From the NCBI GenBank assembly GCA_040285855.1, contig JAUFOQ010000003.1, forward strand, positions 1,550,001 through 1,614,000: 64,000 nt of DNA, written 5' to 3'. The notes beneath the pieces are model-generated. The model did not search any database and was not told the origin of the DNA. It worked only from the letters and a program-made list of their open reading frames with translations. This DNA comes from Eukaryota sp. GEM-RC1. Lineage: Eukaryota. Positions 24,515 through 39,049 of the stretch are shown piece by piece (positions within the stretch are counted from its first letter, which is position 1; the number at the start of each line of letters is the position of its first letter). The translations under genes and the position numbers were made by a program.

Positions 24515-27500
24515 CTAATCTCCCAAAGCACAAATGCAAGCTGTACCTCGTTTAACAAAGTTCTCAAACGATCCTTTTACAGGCAATTCTATAGATAAAA
24601 CATAATTAGTAGAATGTCCGGTAGTAGAAAGAACACCACGACGTTCTATAGTCTTATAAAGCGGACACAAAAGGAAACCTTATCAGGATTGTAATTTTGA
24701 ACAGGAATAAAGTGAATTAGTGGCATTTGCGAGTAAAGAATACCATAATCCGCTTCTCCTACAAATCCACGGTCATTATCCCAAATCCATTGTCCACTTT
24801 CCATCCACAAACCATCAATATAAACACCATCTTTAGAGAGATCCATATTTTTTGAACTTTGAAGGAATTCAAACCTAAAAGACAAACTATCAATGGGAAC
24901 CTTGTACTTCCTGGCGTGTAACTGAAGAACTGAAGTGAGGAAACCTTGAGGGAAGGAGAAAGAAGGAAGATGGAAAATAGAAGGACGACCCTTCACCAGC
25001 CAATTTTTGAAAAAGTCTACTCTATTACAGAAATCTTTAATCCATGATGATAGTGGTTTAACAGAAGGATAAGCAACAGCTGTCCACATTGCAGGAACTT
25101 GATTATTTAGGAGAGAAGAGAAGGCAAGGTCAAGTTCAAATGACATGACAGCAAGACCAGCGATCGCCTTTTTGAGCTCACCAAGAGAGGAACGCACCAC
25201 CTTTAAAATTTTGTTGTATTTCAAAATTTCATGTGATAAAGTCGTTGACAGAGCAGAAATAAGCCCAACATCATTCTTTTCAAAAATAGATGAATGAGCC
25301 TCATTCAAATCAATAATTTCAGGAATTGTCGACAAAATTTGATCTGCCAGCTCAGCAACGATTTCTTCAGAAGTCTTCCCTGTGCCAGCTCCACCAGTTC
25401 TAGGCTGTAGTGACACGACAGTGCTCAGCAAGTTCTTGGCTTCAGTTAAATACATTGCTATAGCAGCATTTGCGTGAAGTCCAAAGACTTCTGGGGGATC
25501 GTGCATTGGAAGTGTGGTAACGTAATCAATTAAATCTGATAGGGTGTTAACATCAGGTGATACGTACTTGCCAGACTCAGAAAGATGATAATCAGTGTCT
25601 AAAGCATGTTCATTGTAAAAGTGTCGTAGAATTGTAGACAAACACCTTCTATCCTGATTATCAGTAAACCTTCCTCCATAATGAACTTCTGCAGTTAAAT
25701 ACTGTAAAGCAGTCCATGGAATCTCTGGTTGTTCTTCTAAAAACATTCTTAGAGTGTCAAAAGAGATGAGGAAATCAGACTCAGAGATCTCGTAGGGAAT
25801 GTTAAAGGCAGTAGGACCCCAGCTTTTACGTTGTTGGACGAGGGCATGGAAGAAAGCAAGAGCAAAAGAGAGTTTCTTGAAAGGTTTAGCTTTAACATGA
25901 TTTTCGAAATCGGATTGGTTGAAATGAGCAAGTGTTCGTTTTAGATTGGCTTTAAGTCCCTTTGGAGGTTCGTTTGATATTTTGATACCATTTTGTAGAA
26001 CAGCAACTGGGAAAGTCTCAGCAGGCATCGAAGATAACCAAAGTCTAAAGTCGGGGTGAACTTGACAAGTTTGAAGAGAGACAACGATGCGTTCTAGAGA
26101 GGACAGCCATGATTCAGCTAAATGACAATTTGATAGGTAAACCCAATCTCCAGACTTTCTGGCATCTTGAATATAGTTTTCTGCGATTGGACCTTGATTT
26201 TGACCCAATGATCTAGTTAACAGACGTTTTGAGAACCCCTTTTCTTCAGCAAACTTTAGCAAAGTATCAGTGGGATCAGCACCCACAGAAAGAATGAAAA
26301 TAAGAGGAGTAGTGGCAGTGGAATCATTGAAAGCTGCGGATAGATCGAAAGGTGGGGGCTGCACGAATTCTTTGCCAAGAGAACGCTCGACAAATGCAGA
26401 GATTGCAAAGATGGTAGAGGTAGGTTTTAAAACCTTGACAAGAATTAATTTTTCAAATAATACCAATTTTTTGTCCCAGGGAGCAGGAGGTTCGTCATCA
26501 ATTGTACCATTGATGATCCATTCTTTCCATGAAGTGGTACCACTTTTGATTGAATCAATCAAACCGATAAAAGAGCTCATTCTGTCCAAATAGAACAAAC
26601 TTTCCCAAATAATAGCATCAATAAAATCAAAGGGCGATTTCGGCAGTTCAGAATCAAATGTAGAAGGACCTTTCAAGAAGAATGCCCAATTCTCAGCAGA
26701 AATTACACCAGAATTACGTAATATAGAAGTAGAAATTAGGAAGGAAAACGTCAGCTTATCCCTTTCAAACAATCCTCTACAAATATTCTTGTAAACCAAT
26801 GACGTGACCCCGTCAATCAAACTCTCTAGACGTAATGTCAGGTCATCATTAGCAGGAGCTGTTTTTAAAACATGTGAGAATAACGAATTAAAATATCCCA
26901 AGGAAGTTTGATACATGTTATCAACCAAAGCTAAATCTGTAATTACAAAATAAAGTAAAGATCCCCGAGTGGCCATTGGTCTAAAGGACTCACGGGCAGT
27001 ATTGATTTGGATTTCAGTTTCTTCTGATTCTTTGACTCTTTCTGTAATCACGGAAGAAGTCATTTTTGATTGATTGAGGGTATTGATGAGACCGTCGTCA
27101 TCCAGCACGTTATCAGTCGTATTGATTAAGTGGAGAATTTGATCCTCAAAGTCTTGAAGTTGTTTCTTATCATTAGCCATGGAGACAATCAAATGATCTC
27201 TATCGGCTTCCAGTGAAGGTCGTTCTGATTTGACTACCATACCAAGAAGTTGATTTTCTAGGCCCAATTGAGTAACAGTAAAATTTAAAATTGTCACTGA
27301 AATACAAACTTCAGGGAAGATAATGAGGATTTGGCAGTTTAGTAGTAAGATACAGCCTGAAATTGGGATCGTACTGTACATCAGAGTCACCAATTCTAAT
27401 CATATTTCGACCCTGAATTTTAAATATTTTACGTTTTAAAATTGGTTCCAATGAAGGATCCAAATCTTCACCAATATCTTCTAATAAAACTGGTGTTCCA

Positions 27501-30500
27501 ATATAAACAGCTTGTTCTAAGGTTCGAAGTAACTGAGTTGAAGTAACAGAGGACATTTTGACCACTTTAAGACTATGTTCCGCCTCCATTTTGCCAATCC
27601 ACTCAACTGCCTGACCCTGAGGGTCAATAAACAAAGGCCATCGTTGAGCTCTAGTAGAGATCACAGCATTCTCGACAGACACGTTATCAGTAGGAAGACC
27701 CTTGAGCTGCCATTCTCTTACTTTAACTGGAGTTGAGAGGGAATTTACGAGGGAGAATTGGTCAGAGATGGGAATGTTGCGCTTTTGACAAAGGGAGATC
27801 CAGTCCGTGATCATTGAGGTTCTAAACTCAGAGGTGAAAGCTCCGAGATAAGAAATACTACCAGCACCTACAAGCATTGTACCAACAAGAAGGGAGAGTT
27901 CTTCGGAGAGGATATCGGCTGATTGTCTCCATCGAACCTGTTCATCTTTAAGAAGTTCAGTGAGTTGAGTTGCACGTGCGAGACGGTCAGAAGTATCTTT
28001 GATTTTGAGCTCTAGGCGTTGTTTACTTGAGATTTGGTTCTCGTATTGAGATTGTAATTCGGCAAGTTTATCTTCGACTTTTTTCAATTCCAGTTGTTTT
28101 TCCTTCAATTTTGCTTGAGAGCTAGACAAGTTAGCCTGAGCTTCACGTAGTCTAGCCTTCTTTGGTTCTACAGTCTTTGCTACCTTAAAATAAACATCAA
28201 TGGCTCTGGCCCACATACAGAGGGACATGGCAGCAACAGAGACATTCCTAACGACATCTGGAACAAAACTAGGATTGTCAATGTAAGGTGCAAGTTTGGA
28301 AAAGGTTGATGCAGGAACTTGACCTTCATCCATTGTATTTTTAAAATTTCTCAGTTTTGGAATAAGCTGGGTATCAGATAACAGCTGTTTTGCTCCTGCC
28401 CAGTCTGGTTTACTTCCCATTAGAATACAGACAGCCTCCATAACAGTTTGAACAAGTTGAGGTGGCTTGATGAAGGCTTTAATTTCATAGATATCACTGG
28501 TTTTCAAGGCGTCAAGGGCCTTAATTGAATTTTCAAGTTGAGGGAGTGCTTCATCTAAATCTCGTTGAGCATCTCTTGCAATTCCGTCAGCTTCTTGAGC
28601 TTGTTCTGTTACAATAACTTCTTCTTCTTGAACAACCTTTTGGATTTTAGCTGCTTCTACTTTGTCAACTTCAAGTTTCTTCAGTAAATCTTCAGTTTTG
28701 GCGGCAGAATCCTTAAGAATTGGCTCCATTTCAGTCAGTTCAATCTTCATTTCAGCAGTTTTTTTGTTAGTTTCAGCTAACTTAGACAGTCCAGTAAGAA
28801 GCTTATCCCTAGCAGTGCCAAGTTCTTCAGACTTTTCCTCCCAAATAACTAAATACATTTTCAAAAGTTCTAGATAAGAGGTAGGTGTGGTATAATAACG
28901 TCTTCGTAAACGTTCAAAGTATATGTTGGCGTTTTCAATTACTGATTGATGAATATCTACACAAGTTTGAGCAACAGATTCACAAAGTTCCGGTTCAATT
29001 TCAACTTTATGCAGGAAATGTCTTGCAACTGACAGCAAGGCAGTTGCTGGCCATGGATCAAACCAATCAATAGTACAACAATTGATTAGTGATGGAAATT
29101 GCCTGCATCTGGTTCTAAAGGAATCACCCACAGGAGACATACAGAGAACAACGTGTAGATTGTCTCGGACACGTTGAATGAAGTACTGGTAGATTGAATC
29201 TTTGGTAACTGACAGACCCTTAGCTCTAACAATTGGTCTCATGTTAGTAATGAGTTCTTCATATTCTTCATTTTCATAAAGATTGGGAACTTCTCCAGAA
29301 TTTAAAATATTATTGACATCCTCGAGGAAAGACTCGTCAACAATCTGAGAATCGGATAAGAGAAAGACGATGGGTTTGTCTTCAACACCAGCAATTGTAT
29401 ACATTTTACGTAAATCTTCCCTGAAATTAAATAGTGAATAATTTCTGGTTAATTCAATTCTAAAGAGGGAAAACTCAGCAATATGAGCTGCCAGTCGAGT
29501 TAGTGATTGCTTACCACTACCACCAACTCCAACTAGAAGGGCATTACCTCGTGGTTGTTTTAGAATTCTACTGATACGAGTAATGTGAAGTATGGCATCT
29601 TGGAAAAGACAAGATCCATTTCACTTTCAGAAGAAGAAACATTATAGTCTTCAAGGGAATCTTGTAGAATTTTCAACATTTTGGCATTATCTTTCAATTG
29701 TTGGTATGGTTTTGTATCATGACCAGTTGGTGCTAACAAATCAGTAAAAATAAGTGGAGTCTCACCTTCGTAAACTTCTTCATACTCCCAAAACACACTC
29801 AAATGTCGCTTGGCTAATTCCAGTAAGTGCTTTTTAAACCATAATCTATCATCGTTATTTGTCAAACGATCGTGGAAAACTCTCATAGACTCATGACACC
29901 ACAGCTTTACCAAAGAGTCTGTATCTGGACAATGTGAACTTTCAACCATGGTTAAACCTTGAACTACCTTAGACAAATCACGAAGATTAAAAGTATAATG
30001 TGATTTAGAAGGAGTTGGACGCATTTCTTTTAGAACATTACTGTACATTTCAATTGAAGCGGAAATGACAGAATCTGCAAGACTACAAATCTCCTTTTTA
30101 AAGTTTTTACCAGCAAGATAACCAGATAGCAGACAACCGAAAATACGTGATAGATTCTTGTCAGATGGCTGGGGGACAACAAACTGATTGAAATGACGTG
30201 TCATACGTGCCGTGACTTCTGACCTACCACCTCCAGGAGGAGCGCACGCAGAAAGAATAGAGAAGTGTTGGGTAGCAAACCAACCACCTTTATCTCGATC
30301 ATAGAACCCGTTATAATCCAAAATTTGACGTAATAATTCAATTGGAGGTTGCGCTCCATAGACTTCTTTACGAGGCATATTTAAATCATCAATAAAGAGA
30401 ATAGCTTTCTTTGCAATACCAGCTGGTCCTAATACACCTTTTCTCTTTTGTTCTAGTTTGGACTCAAGCATATCCTGAGTACGATTAGCAGTAGTCTTTG

Positions 30501-33500
30501 CTGAAAAAGTAAAACTAATACTAGAGACTGGGGAACTTTCTGATAGAGTATTTAAGAAATTTGAAACAATAATAGACTTACCGACACCAGATCCACCAGT
30601 AAATAGTACTGGTGCATCAATACGGTTCAAAGTTTCCAACATATAGTTGAATCTAACAGTATCAACAGTAGGAACTACAGTGGCAAAGAAAGGCTGGTTT
30701 GGATCATAAGAGTAATCATCGACCTTCTCTTCCCATAAATGTAATTCAGCAGTTTTGAGATTAATAAAGTAATCAAAAACAGAACCACTTGTTACTGGGA
30801 ATTTGTCCTTTAGGAGATCTCTTAGGAAAGAGTCAAAATCAGGGCGTACGTCCTCAGTGAGGATGGCACCAATAGACCAGACCAAGGCAAAAGAAAATAT
30901 TAGTTCAATAATGTCGTGTACATAGGTGGCATGAGCTTCTCGCTGAGCTTCTTCTGACTCGGTTTCATCTTCAGAGGGAGAAAAGAACACCTTAACACCA
31001 CTTTCTTCACTGAAAAGAGAGCTAAATAAGTTACAGAAGGAATTTACCATGGTCTGAGGAACAACTCTAATGTAGAACTTACCATTATCATAGGCGTAAT
31101 CAATGACTTTGTCCATGAAGTTAGTCATTAACTCACGAACTTGTTCCTTGCACTTGTGAAGAGAAGACTCAGGAAACTGTTTGTCAAGCCAACTGGTGGC
31201 CAGAGGCTTCCAGCCAATGTCAATAGGATCAACATAGACCATACCACATCTAGAGATAGTAGCAGGAGAAGCAACGGAAAGATCTTCTACTTCGAAAACC
31301 ATTGAAGTTGTTGGTGATAGTTTTATACGCAAACCATTAGCAAGACAGAGCATTTTGTTATCATCAAGCACAGTATTCATATTCTCAATCCAAAGAGCAT
31401 CCACAGGACCATCAAAGACCACCCAGTGCTTGTCCAGAGACTCGTCTTGGGTAGCTGAAAGTACAAGGCCACTGACGATACCGTTCTTCCAGTCTTTAGT
31501 TAAAGGATTTACTTCACCGTAAAGCTGACCCATTGTGATACTTTTGGGGTTCAGAATATGGGTTTTAACTACTTGGTACTGTTCATCTAGACTTTCCTTC
31601 TCTTGTCGAAGGTAGGTCATTGATTCAGCTAGTCCTCGAATTACAACACTTTTACCACCCATGGTGGGACCGACAACCATGACTCCGTGACGAACTCCAA
31701 GAGTGTTTCGTAGTTGGATGATCTTCTTGACTTGAGAGTCAACAACCTGAAGTCCACGACGAGTAAGAACGGTTTGAATGGCGTCTTCCAAGATCATGTA
31801 GTCGGGATCAGGAACTTCAATACCAGGGAAAAGATCCGATAACAAACCCAGAAATAGCGCAGTATCGTCAGCTGTAAATTTGGGGGAATTTTCAACATAC
31901 AAAGCCCTGTAGATGAGGACTTCTTCAGACAATTCAGGGGAAAGTCTCTTGAGAGAACCAGCGGCACGTAGAGAAGTTTTGACTGCTCGCATACCGAAAT
32001 CGTAATGGTCTTGTTGGGAAAGTTGTTCTGAGGAAAGCTTATAGAGCTGGACCATCTTTTGTGAAAGGATCTTGGCTTTCTTGAATCCTTCAGAAGTTAA
32101 CGTGATTTCAGAAATCAAAGCGTAATCAGGAACCATCATAGCAACTGGACGGAACAGAATTTGTAGATTGTCGGGTAGTTCAGTTCTACCAGCATAACCA
32201 GGATTCATAGTAATAAAGATACCACAATTAGGATTTAAAGGAATTCTACCACATCCACCAAACTCAAATGTTTGAGAATTTGACAAAATAGCAGTTCTAA
32301 TTGTTAAAACTTGTTGTGCAACAACAGAGAGCACTTCTAGACCAATTCTATTAAACTCATCAAGACAAGTCCAAGCACCAGCCTGTACAAGCCCAGCAAA
32401 CAATCGCTCCATCATTAGACAATCAATTTGTTCTGAACAATTAAATACAACACATAGACGACCCAAAGCCTTGGCCAAATCCTTGGTAGTTTCAGTTTTA
32501 CCAGTACCAGCTGGACCAGCAGGAGATCCTCCAAGTTTGTTATGAAGAGCACCAGTTAAAGTAATGTAACAACGATCTGTAAGAGGAGTAATGACAAGTC
32601 TACCAGTACATCCCAAGTATTCATAACCGTAGACAAAGGAAGTGTTGGTTTGTTTGATCTCACAGTGGTCGATTTCACTGTTCCAGTAATATCGCAGTCG
32701 TTTAGCCCAACCGAAATCGTCAACTGATTGAACACCTTCCTCAATCATTTCTTCAACGATATCACGATTGTGAACGTAAATGGTGATTAGAGAAACAATA
32801 GCTTCACGGTGGAGATTGGAAATATCACTTTGAACAACTTCAGAAAGATTATGCAAAAATTGGGAATTATGTTCAAATACTTTTTTAAGGGCGTCTGTAG
32901 CAGAGAGTAAACCATTGCTTTGACTACATTTCATTAGAGCTTCTGTGATTTCTTTACACCAGAAAATTTGGGCAACTCCGATAATAATTTGAGCGGGTTG
33001 AGTAGTCAACCATTCCTTTAAAGGAAGATCAACGAACTCTTGAATTGAATATTTAAAAATTTTGTGAAGAGAATCTCGCATTCCTCCTTGAACATCATTG
33101 AGCCATTTGCAAACGTCACCTCTTGCCTTTAACTTGGGTAATGGGACTTCTTCACCTTCAGCTGAGATCATTGCAGTAATGGTAGTGGTGGTTCCTTCCT
33201 GAACAAATCTTAGCTTATTAATAGCATCAAAACATTTCCTCAAATGAGGTTGAACAGCCTCTGGATTTCTTGATTGAGAGAGAATCTCCAAAAGTTCATC
33301 ATTAGATAGGAAATAAAACCGTGGAAATGACGCACGTTTCTTTTCCAGATAGTTATCAAGAGCTTTTTGAATTTTCTCAAGTGAAGCATTATTCTTCTTA
33401 AAAGTGGCGTGTAATCCAGGAGATGTACAAATACGGAGAGCATTAGGGAGTTCCCTGGTCTGAGCCATGATTTCTCTCCAAGACTGATCAACTTTCTGGA

Positions 33501-36500
33501 ACAACTTAGACTCTTCAGGTAATTGTTTAGAAATATCAGGGGCAGTAAAGATATTCTCCAAATAGATCCAATTTTTTGGCAATCTAACCATTCATCAAGA
33601 GTTTCCTGGAACAAATTCAGCTTGCTCTCCCATTCGCCAACCTGATCCTCAATTGCTGTTACAAACCGACTACCTCTCATAGTTGAAAGAGTCTGCATAG
33701 AATCTTCTAATTGAGACACGATATCCTCAACAGTGGCAATTATATACAAATCCTTGGAGTCACGATGAGATACCAACTCAAGGTCAACCTCATTCCAACC
33801 TTCTTCAACTTGTTTTAGTAGAGCCTCAAGACTGGCTTCATTAGTGGCTTCTACAGAGATTGCGTTGATTTCAACAGACTTCTTGAGGGCTCCGTGCTCA
33901 ATTAGCCAGCCAAGACTAAGAGAACTATCTTTAGGGAATTTAACACCCAGAATTTCTTCAATTTTTTGACGATGTCTGAATTTTAATTTTTCATTACGTA
34001 GATCAATAATGACGGGAAGTGTTTGTTTAAAGACATCCACAGCTTTCTTGAACTTTTCAGCCACCGGATTCTTAGCCAAAGAACGCTCAGCTCGGGTAGC
34101 AACCTTCAGATAATTAGTTACTTGTTTCTGCATTTGTTCTGTATCAATCGAGTCAAAATCAGCTACAAGCCAGTCCTCTGTAAGACCAGTCCATTCGTTA
34201 AAGCAATTCCAAAGAGATCTCTTGATTGTAACATCGTCAAGCATGGAGAAAACATCCTCGTACTCATCAGGATTATCACTAATCATATCAAACTCATTGG
34301 CGTAGGTTTGATAGTCCTTTGAAAGTTGTTCAATGTCCTTGGCTCTGGCGTGGAGGTCTTCTAGGAAGTAGAGAACCTGGGGAACGTCAGCATTAGGGTC
34401 AGAAATGATTGGGTCTTGCGCGAGATTGGAAACGTCAACGACATCGCTGTGGAGATCTTTGACCAATGATTCCAATTCCCTTGAAAATTTGATAATTCCC
34501 TCATCTTTTTGACCTTCTGCAATGTCTAAAGAGCCAGTCACCTCATCCAATTCAGCAGAAAGATTTCTAAAAACAGCTAGTTCCATATCTGAAACTTCAA
34601 TTCCATGTTCCTGAATCAAATGATAAAAAGAGCGAACCTCTTCATAGTCAGTTTGAAATTCTTCTAGTAATCCAGAGGTCTCCTTGATGACGTGTAAAAA
34701 TTTGACAAAATCTAAGACAGAAGTACAGTCATCACGTAGCGCACGTGAGTATGATTGCAGAGAAGAGATCAGGACCTCGTTCTTTTCCTTAGCCAGGGAA
34801 GGTAACACGTGTTCAAGATCCTGGATACTCCTGACAGAAGGCGGTTCAAAGGCTTCTTTAAGGGGACGGAGAAGCAATTTAGCACCAGCAATATTAACAG
34901 AATCTGGAATATTTTGAATTTCTTCAACTTGAGTTTTAAACTTACTCAGACTCTCGGTGAAGAATTGAAGTGTGAGTTGCTCTTTTGTTTTGGAAAGTAT
35001 ATCAGTTTCTAAATTTTCCTTCATTGTAGCTAAGAAGGGCTCAAACGACTGTAAATAACCGGCAACTCCCACAAACATCGAATTGATTGAGTCTTTGATT
35101 ATCTTGATGAAGGTTCTATACTCGACACTTTCCCTAATCATTGCAATCAAAACAGTAGCTCCGTGATCAGAAGATGGATAATTAACAGCCATTCCTAAAT
35201 CTTGGCGGAAGAAAGAAACAAACTCATCAGAACTAATTAGAGAATGATGATTGGTCAATACAGTTTTGTAATCCTCGAGGATCTCTTTTAATAGCTCTAA
35301 ATACTCATTTGATTGGGGTGAGAGCTCAATAGTGTCGTTAAAGGGACCAACTACGCCGCTGACTACAAAAAGAGGGTTTAGTGATTGGAATTGATGTAGT
35401 TCAGGGGCAATGTTGGTGATTTCTTGTTGTACTGTGGAAGATAGACGGGCAGCCAAAGCACCGACTGAATGGTTCATTAAGGAGAAAATAGCATCAAAAA
35501 TTAAATAATCTACTAAGCGAATAAAAGACATTAACCGACGACACTCAGCACGTCTAGTTGCCATTTCCTGATAGGAAAGAGATCGTCCGCCATTGACTGT
35601 GACAGACTTCTTCCCACTTCCTTTAATGTTGACGTCATGTTTTGCTCCCTTTGATTCGGAATTCTTGTGAAGCATACCAGAGACCAAACACTCATCACGA
35701 TTAGTTTTGACCAGGTCATCAATCACGTGATCACAGACACCTCTCAGCAGATCCTTGATTTCATCATAAATAGCAGAGATCTTAGTCCTAACAGTTTTGA
35801 CCATTTCATTATGATTATGAGCTAGTTCCTCAAGAGTGAATATAGAATCCTTAGTAACTGAATGGAACATGTAGGACTTAATCTCATGGCATCTAGTCTT
35901 GGTGGTGACTAAGCAACGATGGAAGTGGGGGTTGAGCATGAAGAGATTGGTTTGCAGCTTTTGTTTGTTTTGTTGAAGTTTGGTATATAAGACATGCTTA
36001 CGCCACCCTTGGAAGGTCTTCCACGAGGTACACTTGGCGAATAGAGGTATCTTAAGTAACTCTGAAAAGATCCTTCGTTGGCGGATCCACGTGTCAAGAT
36101 CTACGAACTCAGTCTCCATAGAAGTGAACTGGGTGACGCCCTTTTTGGATATAGTGAAATAGGAATCAGAAGGGATGTCAGAGTAGTGGACAATGCGGAG
36201 ATTATAGGGGTTGAAGAACTGGTTAGACTTGGGGAGTAGATAACGGAACTCTGTTGATTTGGGATTGTTCTTGAGGAAAAGGATGAAGTCGTCGAGAGAG
36301 GAGGATTTAGAGATGTTTTGTTTGGGAGGGAGAGATTGTGATGATTGGTTGAGTGAATGAGAAGGATTGATAGCAGGGATTTTGCGTGGGGGTATAGCAG
36401 AAGAGCTTTTCATCTATAATGAGAAAAAAACGAAAGAACATACGGAAGATAAGCGACCATAACGTGTAGAAGATGCTAGAGAACGACCAACAGTAGAAGA

Positions 36501-36554
36501 AGACTGAAATTGTAAGCGCTGAATCAAGTCAGATTCAGATGATCCAGACGCCAT
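24515..36554 (-). CDS. DNAH6: Axonemal inner-arm dynein heavy chain (DNAH6-like); exon 1 at 36444-36554; four frameshifts
   Basis: P-loops [24 protein letters not shown] and GVGGSGKQS, plus [13 protein letters not shown]. The N-terminal [24 protein letters not shown] is DNAH6-like. The C-terminus [21 protein letters not shown]...ALGD* ends at 24515. Frameshifts near 33575, 29605, 27315 and 24670. Confidence 0.9.
36414..36443 (-). other. 30-nt intron in the dynein gene
   Basis: GTATGTTCTTTCGTTTTTTTCTCATTATAG joins a 37-codon open exon (ATG at 36554) in frame to the main ORF. Confidence 0.85.
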
Positions 36555-36619
36555 ATATATAGTAGTTTAAGAGCGGACAATTTGGGGGATGAAGATTTTT
36601 TTTCATAAATTCTTCTTGA

Positions 36620-39015
36620 ATGGACGAATCTGATCTTCAACAACAACTTCAATGGATCTCCGAACAACTGAACTCTAATTCTGACAATGCTGAACTTATT
36701 CTCCAAAAAATTGCTGTGTTGAGAAGTCTCGATCTCAAGGAGCAGATTTCCGAATCTTTTGGACATCTCGCTTCACTTCTACCGCTTTCTGAAGATCTCT
36801 GGGCCATTTACATCTCAAATGAACTTGCTTTGGCTGAAGAACCCGAAGATTATGAAGATATTGCTGAACTCTACATATCTGCATTACGATGCTTTCGATC
36901 ATTCAATCTAGTTGTATCCTTCCTAGAATATCTCTCTTCCCTAAGTCCCCACATGGTCATTCCTTTAATGGAGACTATTGAACTGGTAGTATTTAGACAA
37001 GCCCTTGATATTGAAAATGGCCATTCAGTTTGGATAAGTTATTTTAAATTTTTGAAACAGTTGGCCGCAAATCCGTTAGCTACCGAATTTTCAGAAGATG
37101 ACCTTATTTCAAAAATTTCAAATATTGTTCCTTCCGTATTGTCTGTCATTCCCTTATTTTAATCATGTCGAATTGTTAAATTATGTTACAGAAACTATGC
37201 CCAAGCACGTGTTTGTAGGTAAGTCTCCTTATGAGGCAACTTTATGTTTAATGACTAATTACCGAAAACAACTCGACCAATTGAAGCTCTTTGTGGAATC
37301 AGAAAATTTTAGTATTTCTGAGGCCATGCCTTATCTTGCACAGTTGTTGATAACTTGATCAATGATTTTTCCCGCAATCCACAGAATTTATCCTACAAGA
37401 AGCCCCCCAAAATAGTGTATTTCCGTGTAGTTTTCTCCCTGTTGGATTATGGTTTGAAAGTCTTTTATCTAGAACGAAGCTTTGTATCTTTTTGTCTTTC
37501 CAAGTTATTGTTTCTACACAAGAACCTACCAGTCCAAAGTTTATCCAGTAATGATAAAACTCTGACTGATATCATGGTAAATCTATGCAAGAAGGTGTAT
37601 TCCCTTGACTTGGAGTTTGAAATCTACGGGAATTTTTTGTTCTGCTCTTATGGAAATACTTCTGATGTAAATGCTGATCATATTACAAAGCAATTAAATC
37701 ACTCAATCAGTCAAAAACAAATGTTGGAGTCTAGAATCAGTGCTTTGAAACATTCGAAGAAAACCAAGACTAAAACAGAAAAATCCCAATTGGAATCCGA
37801 CTTATTGTTTTTAAAAGAGTTTTTGTTCATTTATTCAGTCTCTATTATATCTATGTTTCAGTTCCATTCACTTGTTACCGGTTCATTTACTGTTTTTTCC
37901 AAGTTAAACTCTTTTATCTCAGTACTTTCCACACATGTTCCTTCATGTTCTGCCGTATTTGCTGCTAGTCTTTTTTCTGTTATTAGCAAAGGAAGTCAAG
38001 AGAAGTCATTGACTTTTCTTGATAATTTTGTTAAGAGTTTTGATACTCATCAGCCGGGGAATCCAACAAATCTAGATCTTTCAAGTGAGTTGTTGCTGCT
38101 TTCAGTTACTACCAACGCTAATTTATTAAAAATTTCCAAAAATATTTGTGTCCGTGGAGGTTCCGATTTAATGGGGCTCAGACTCCAGATTGATCTATTG
38201 ACCGTATTAAATTGTCAAGATCTTGTTAGCTTTTATTCAAGTTTCAACACAATTGTAGGTTCGATTTCGAAATATCTTGATGAAAAGTTCAATCTTTTCC
38301 CCTTTGCTTCGTCACAAGCTCACGTCATCAAGCTCGTCTCTGATCAAACAAAACCCTCCACTAAGCGTCGGTCATCAACATCACAAGAACCATCAAAAAG
38401 ATTGCTAAAGCTGATGATGACGATACCGAACTTCCTCAGCCTATGGAAGCGGTAGAACCATCACCTTCTACCACCAGCACTAGTAGTGGTAGTGGCAGTA
38501 CCACAGTTTTTGTTCATGGTCTTGGGAAAGCCATTAAAGAGCCTGATGTTCGTGAAATATTCTCATCGGCTGGTCAAATCAAGTCCATCAGAATTCCACA
38601 GACTTCTAAAGGCGCTAAAGGAATTGCATTTGTTGAATTTGATTCTGCAGTTGCTTACTCTCAAGCTCTTTTGTTTAATGGAAGTTTATTACCAAAAACT
38701 AAAAAGAAATTCTTTGTAAAACCTTTTGAGACTCAAAAGAGTGCTTCAAATATTTTATATGTTTCAAAACTTCCATCAGATATCAAGGCAGCTGATTTGA
38801 AGAAGTTTCTAGTTGATATAACTGAAGGAGAGAATGTTTGGTTTAAGGACATTAGAATTAGATCCAATAAGGAAGGTGAAACTGTTGCTTATGTTAATGT
38901 TCGAGATTCAGATACTCTTGATGTAGTTTTACAGCGTACACGTGATAAAGAGTTGAAGATTGGTGGCCAGGGGATTTTCATTGATAAAGCTCGGACTCGT
39001 TTGGAGCGAGATTGA
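36620..39015 (+). CDS. SART3: SART3/Prp24-like U4/U6 recycling factor (HAT region plus 2 RRMs), frameshifted
   Basis: LLPLSEDLWAIYISNE matches the SART3 N-terminus. The C-terminal RRMs contain TVFVHGL/KGIAFVEF and ILYVSKL. Confidence 0.72.
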
Positions 39016-39049
39016 ATAAAGGATTTAAAATTATTGTATTTTAGTTAAG

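Noticed and set aside
26270..35012. Antisense ORFs of 60-110 aa inside the dynein gene (and similar ones inside other genes)
   Set aside because: These are shadow ORFs of coding sequence with no independent motifs.
24515..36413. Programmed ribosomal frameshifting or pseudogenisation as the explanation for the many split genes (dynein, separase, Vps15, CDC45, PCID2, SART3)
   Set aside because: The breaks I examined fall mostly in homopolymers (e.g. CAAAAAATTGG near 33575, GTCTTTTCC near 29605, T-runs at 49812 and 56872). They go in both directions, share no motif, and hit essential genes. This is typical of long-read indel error, and short-read polishing would settle it.
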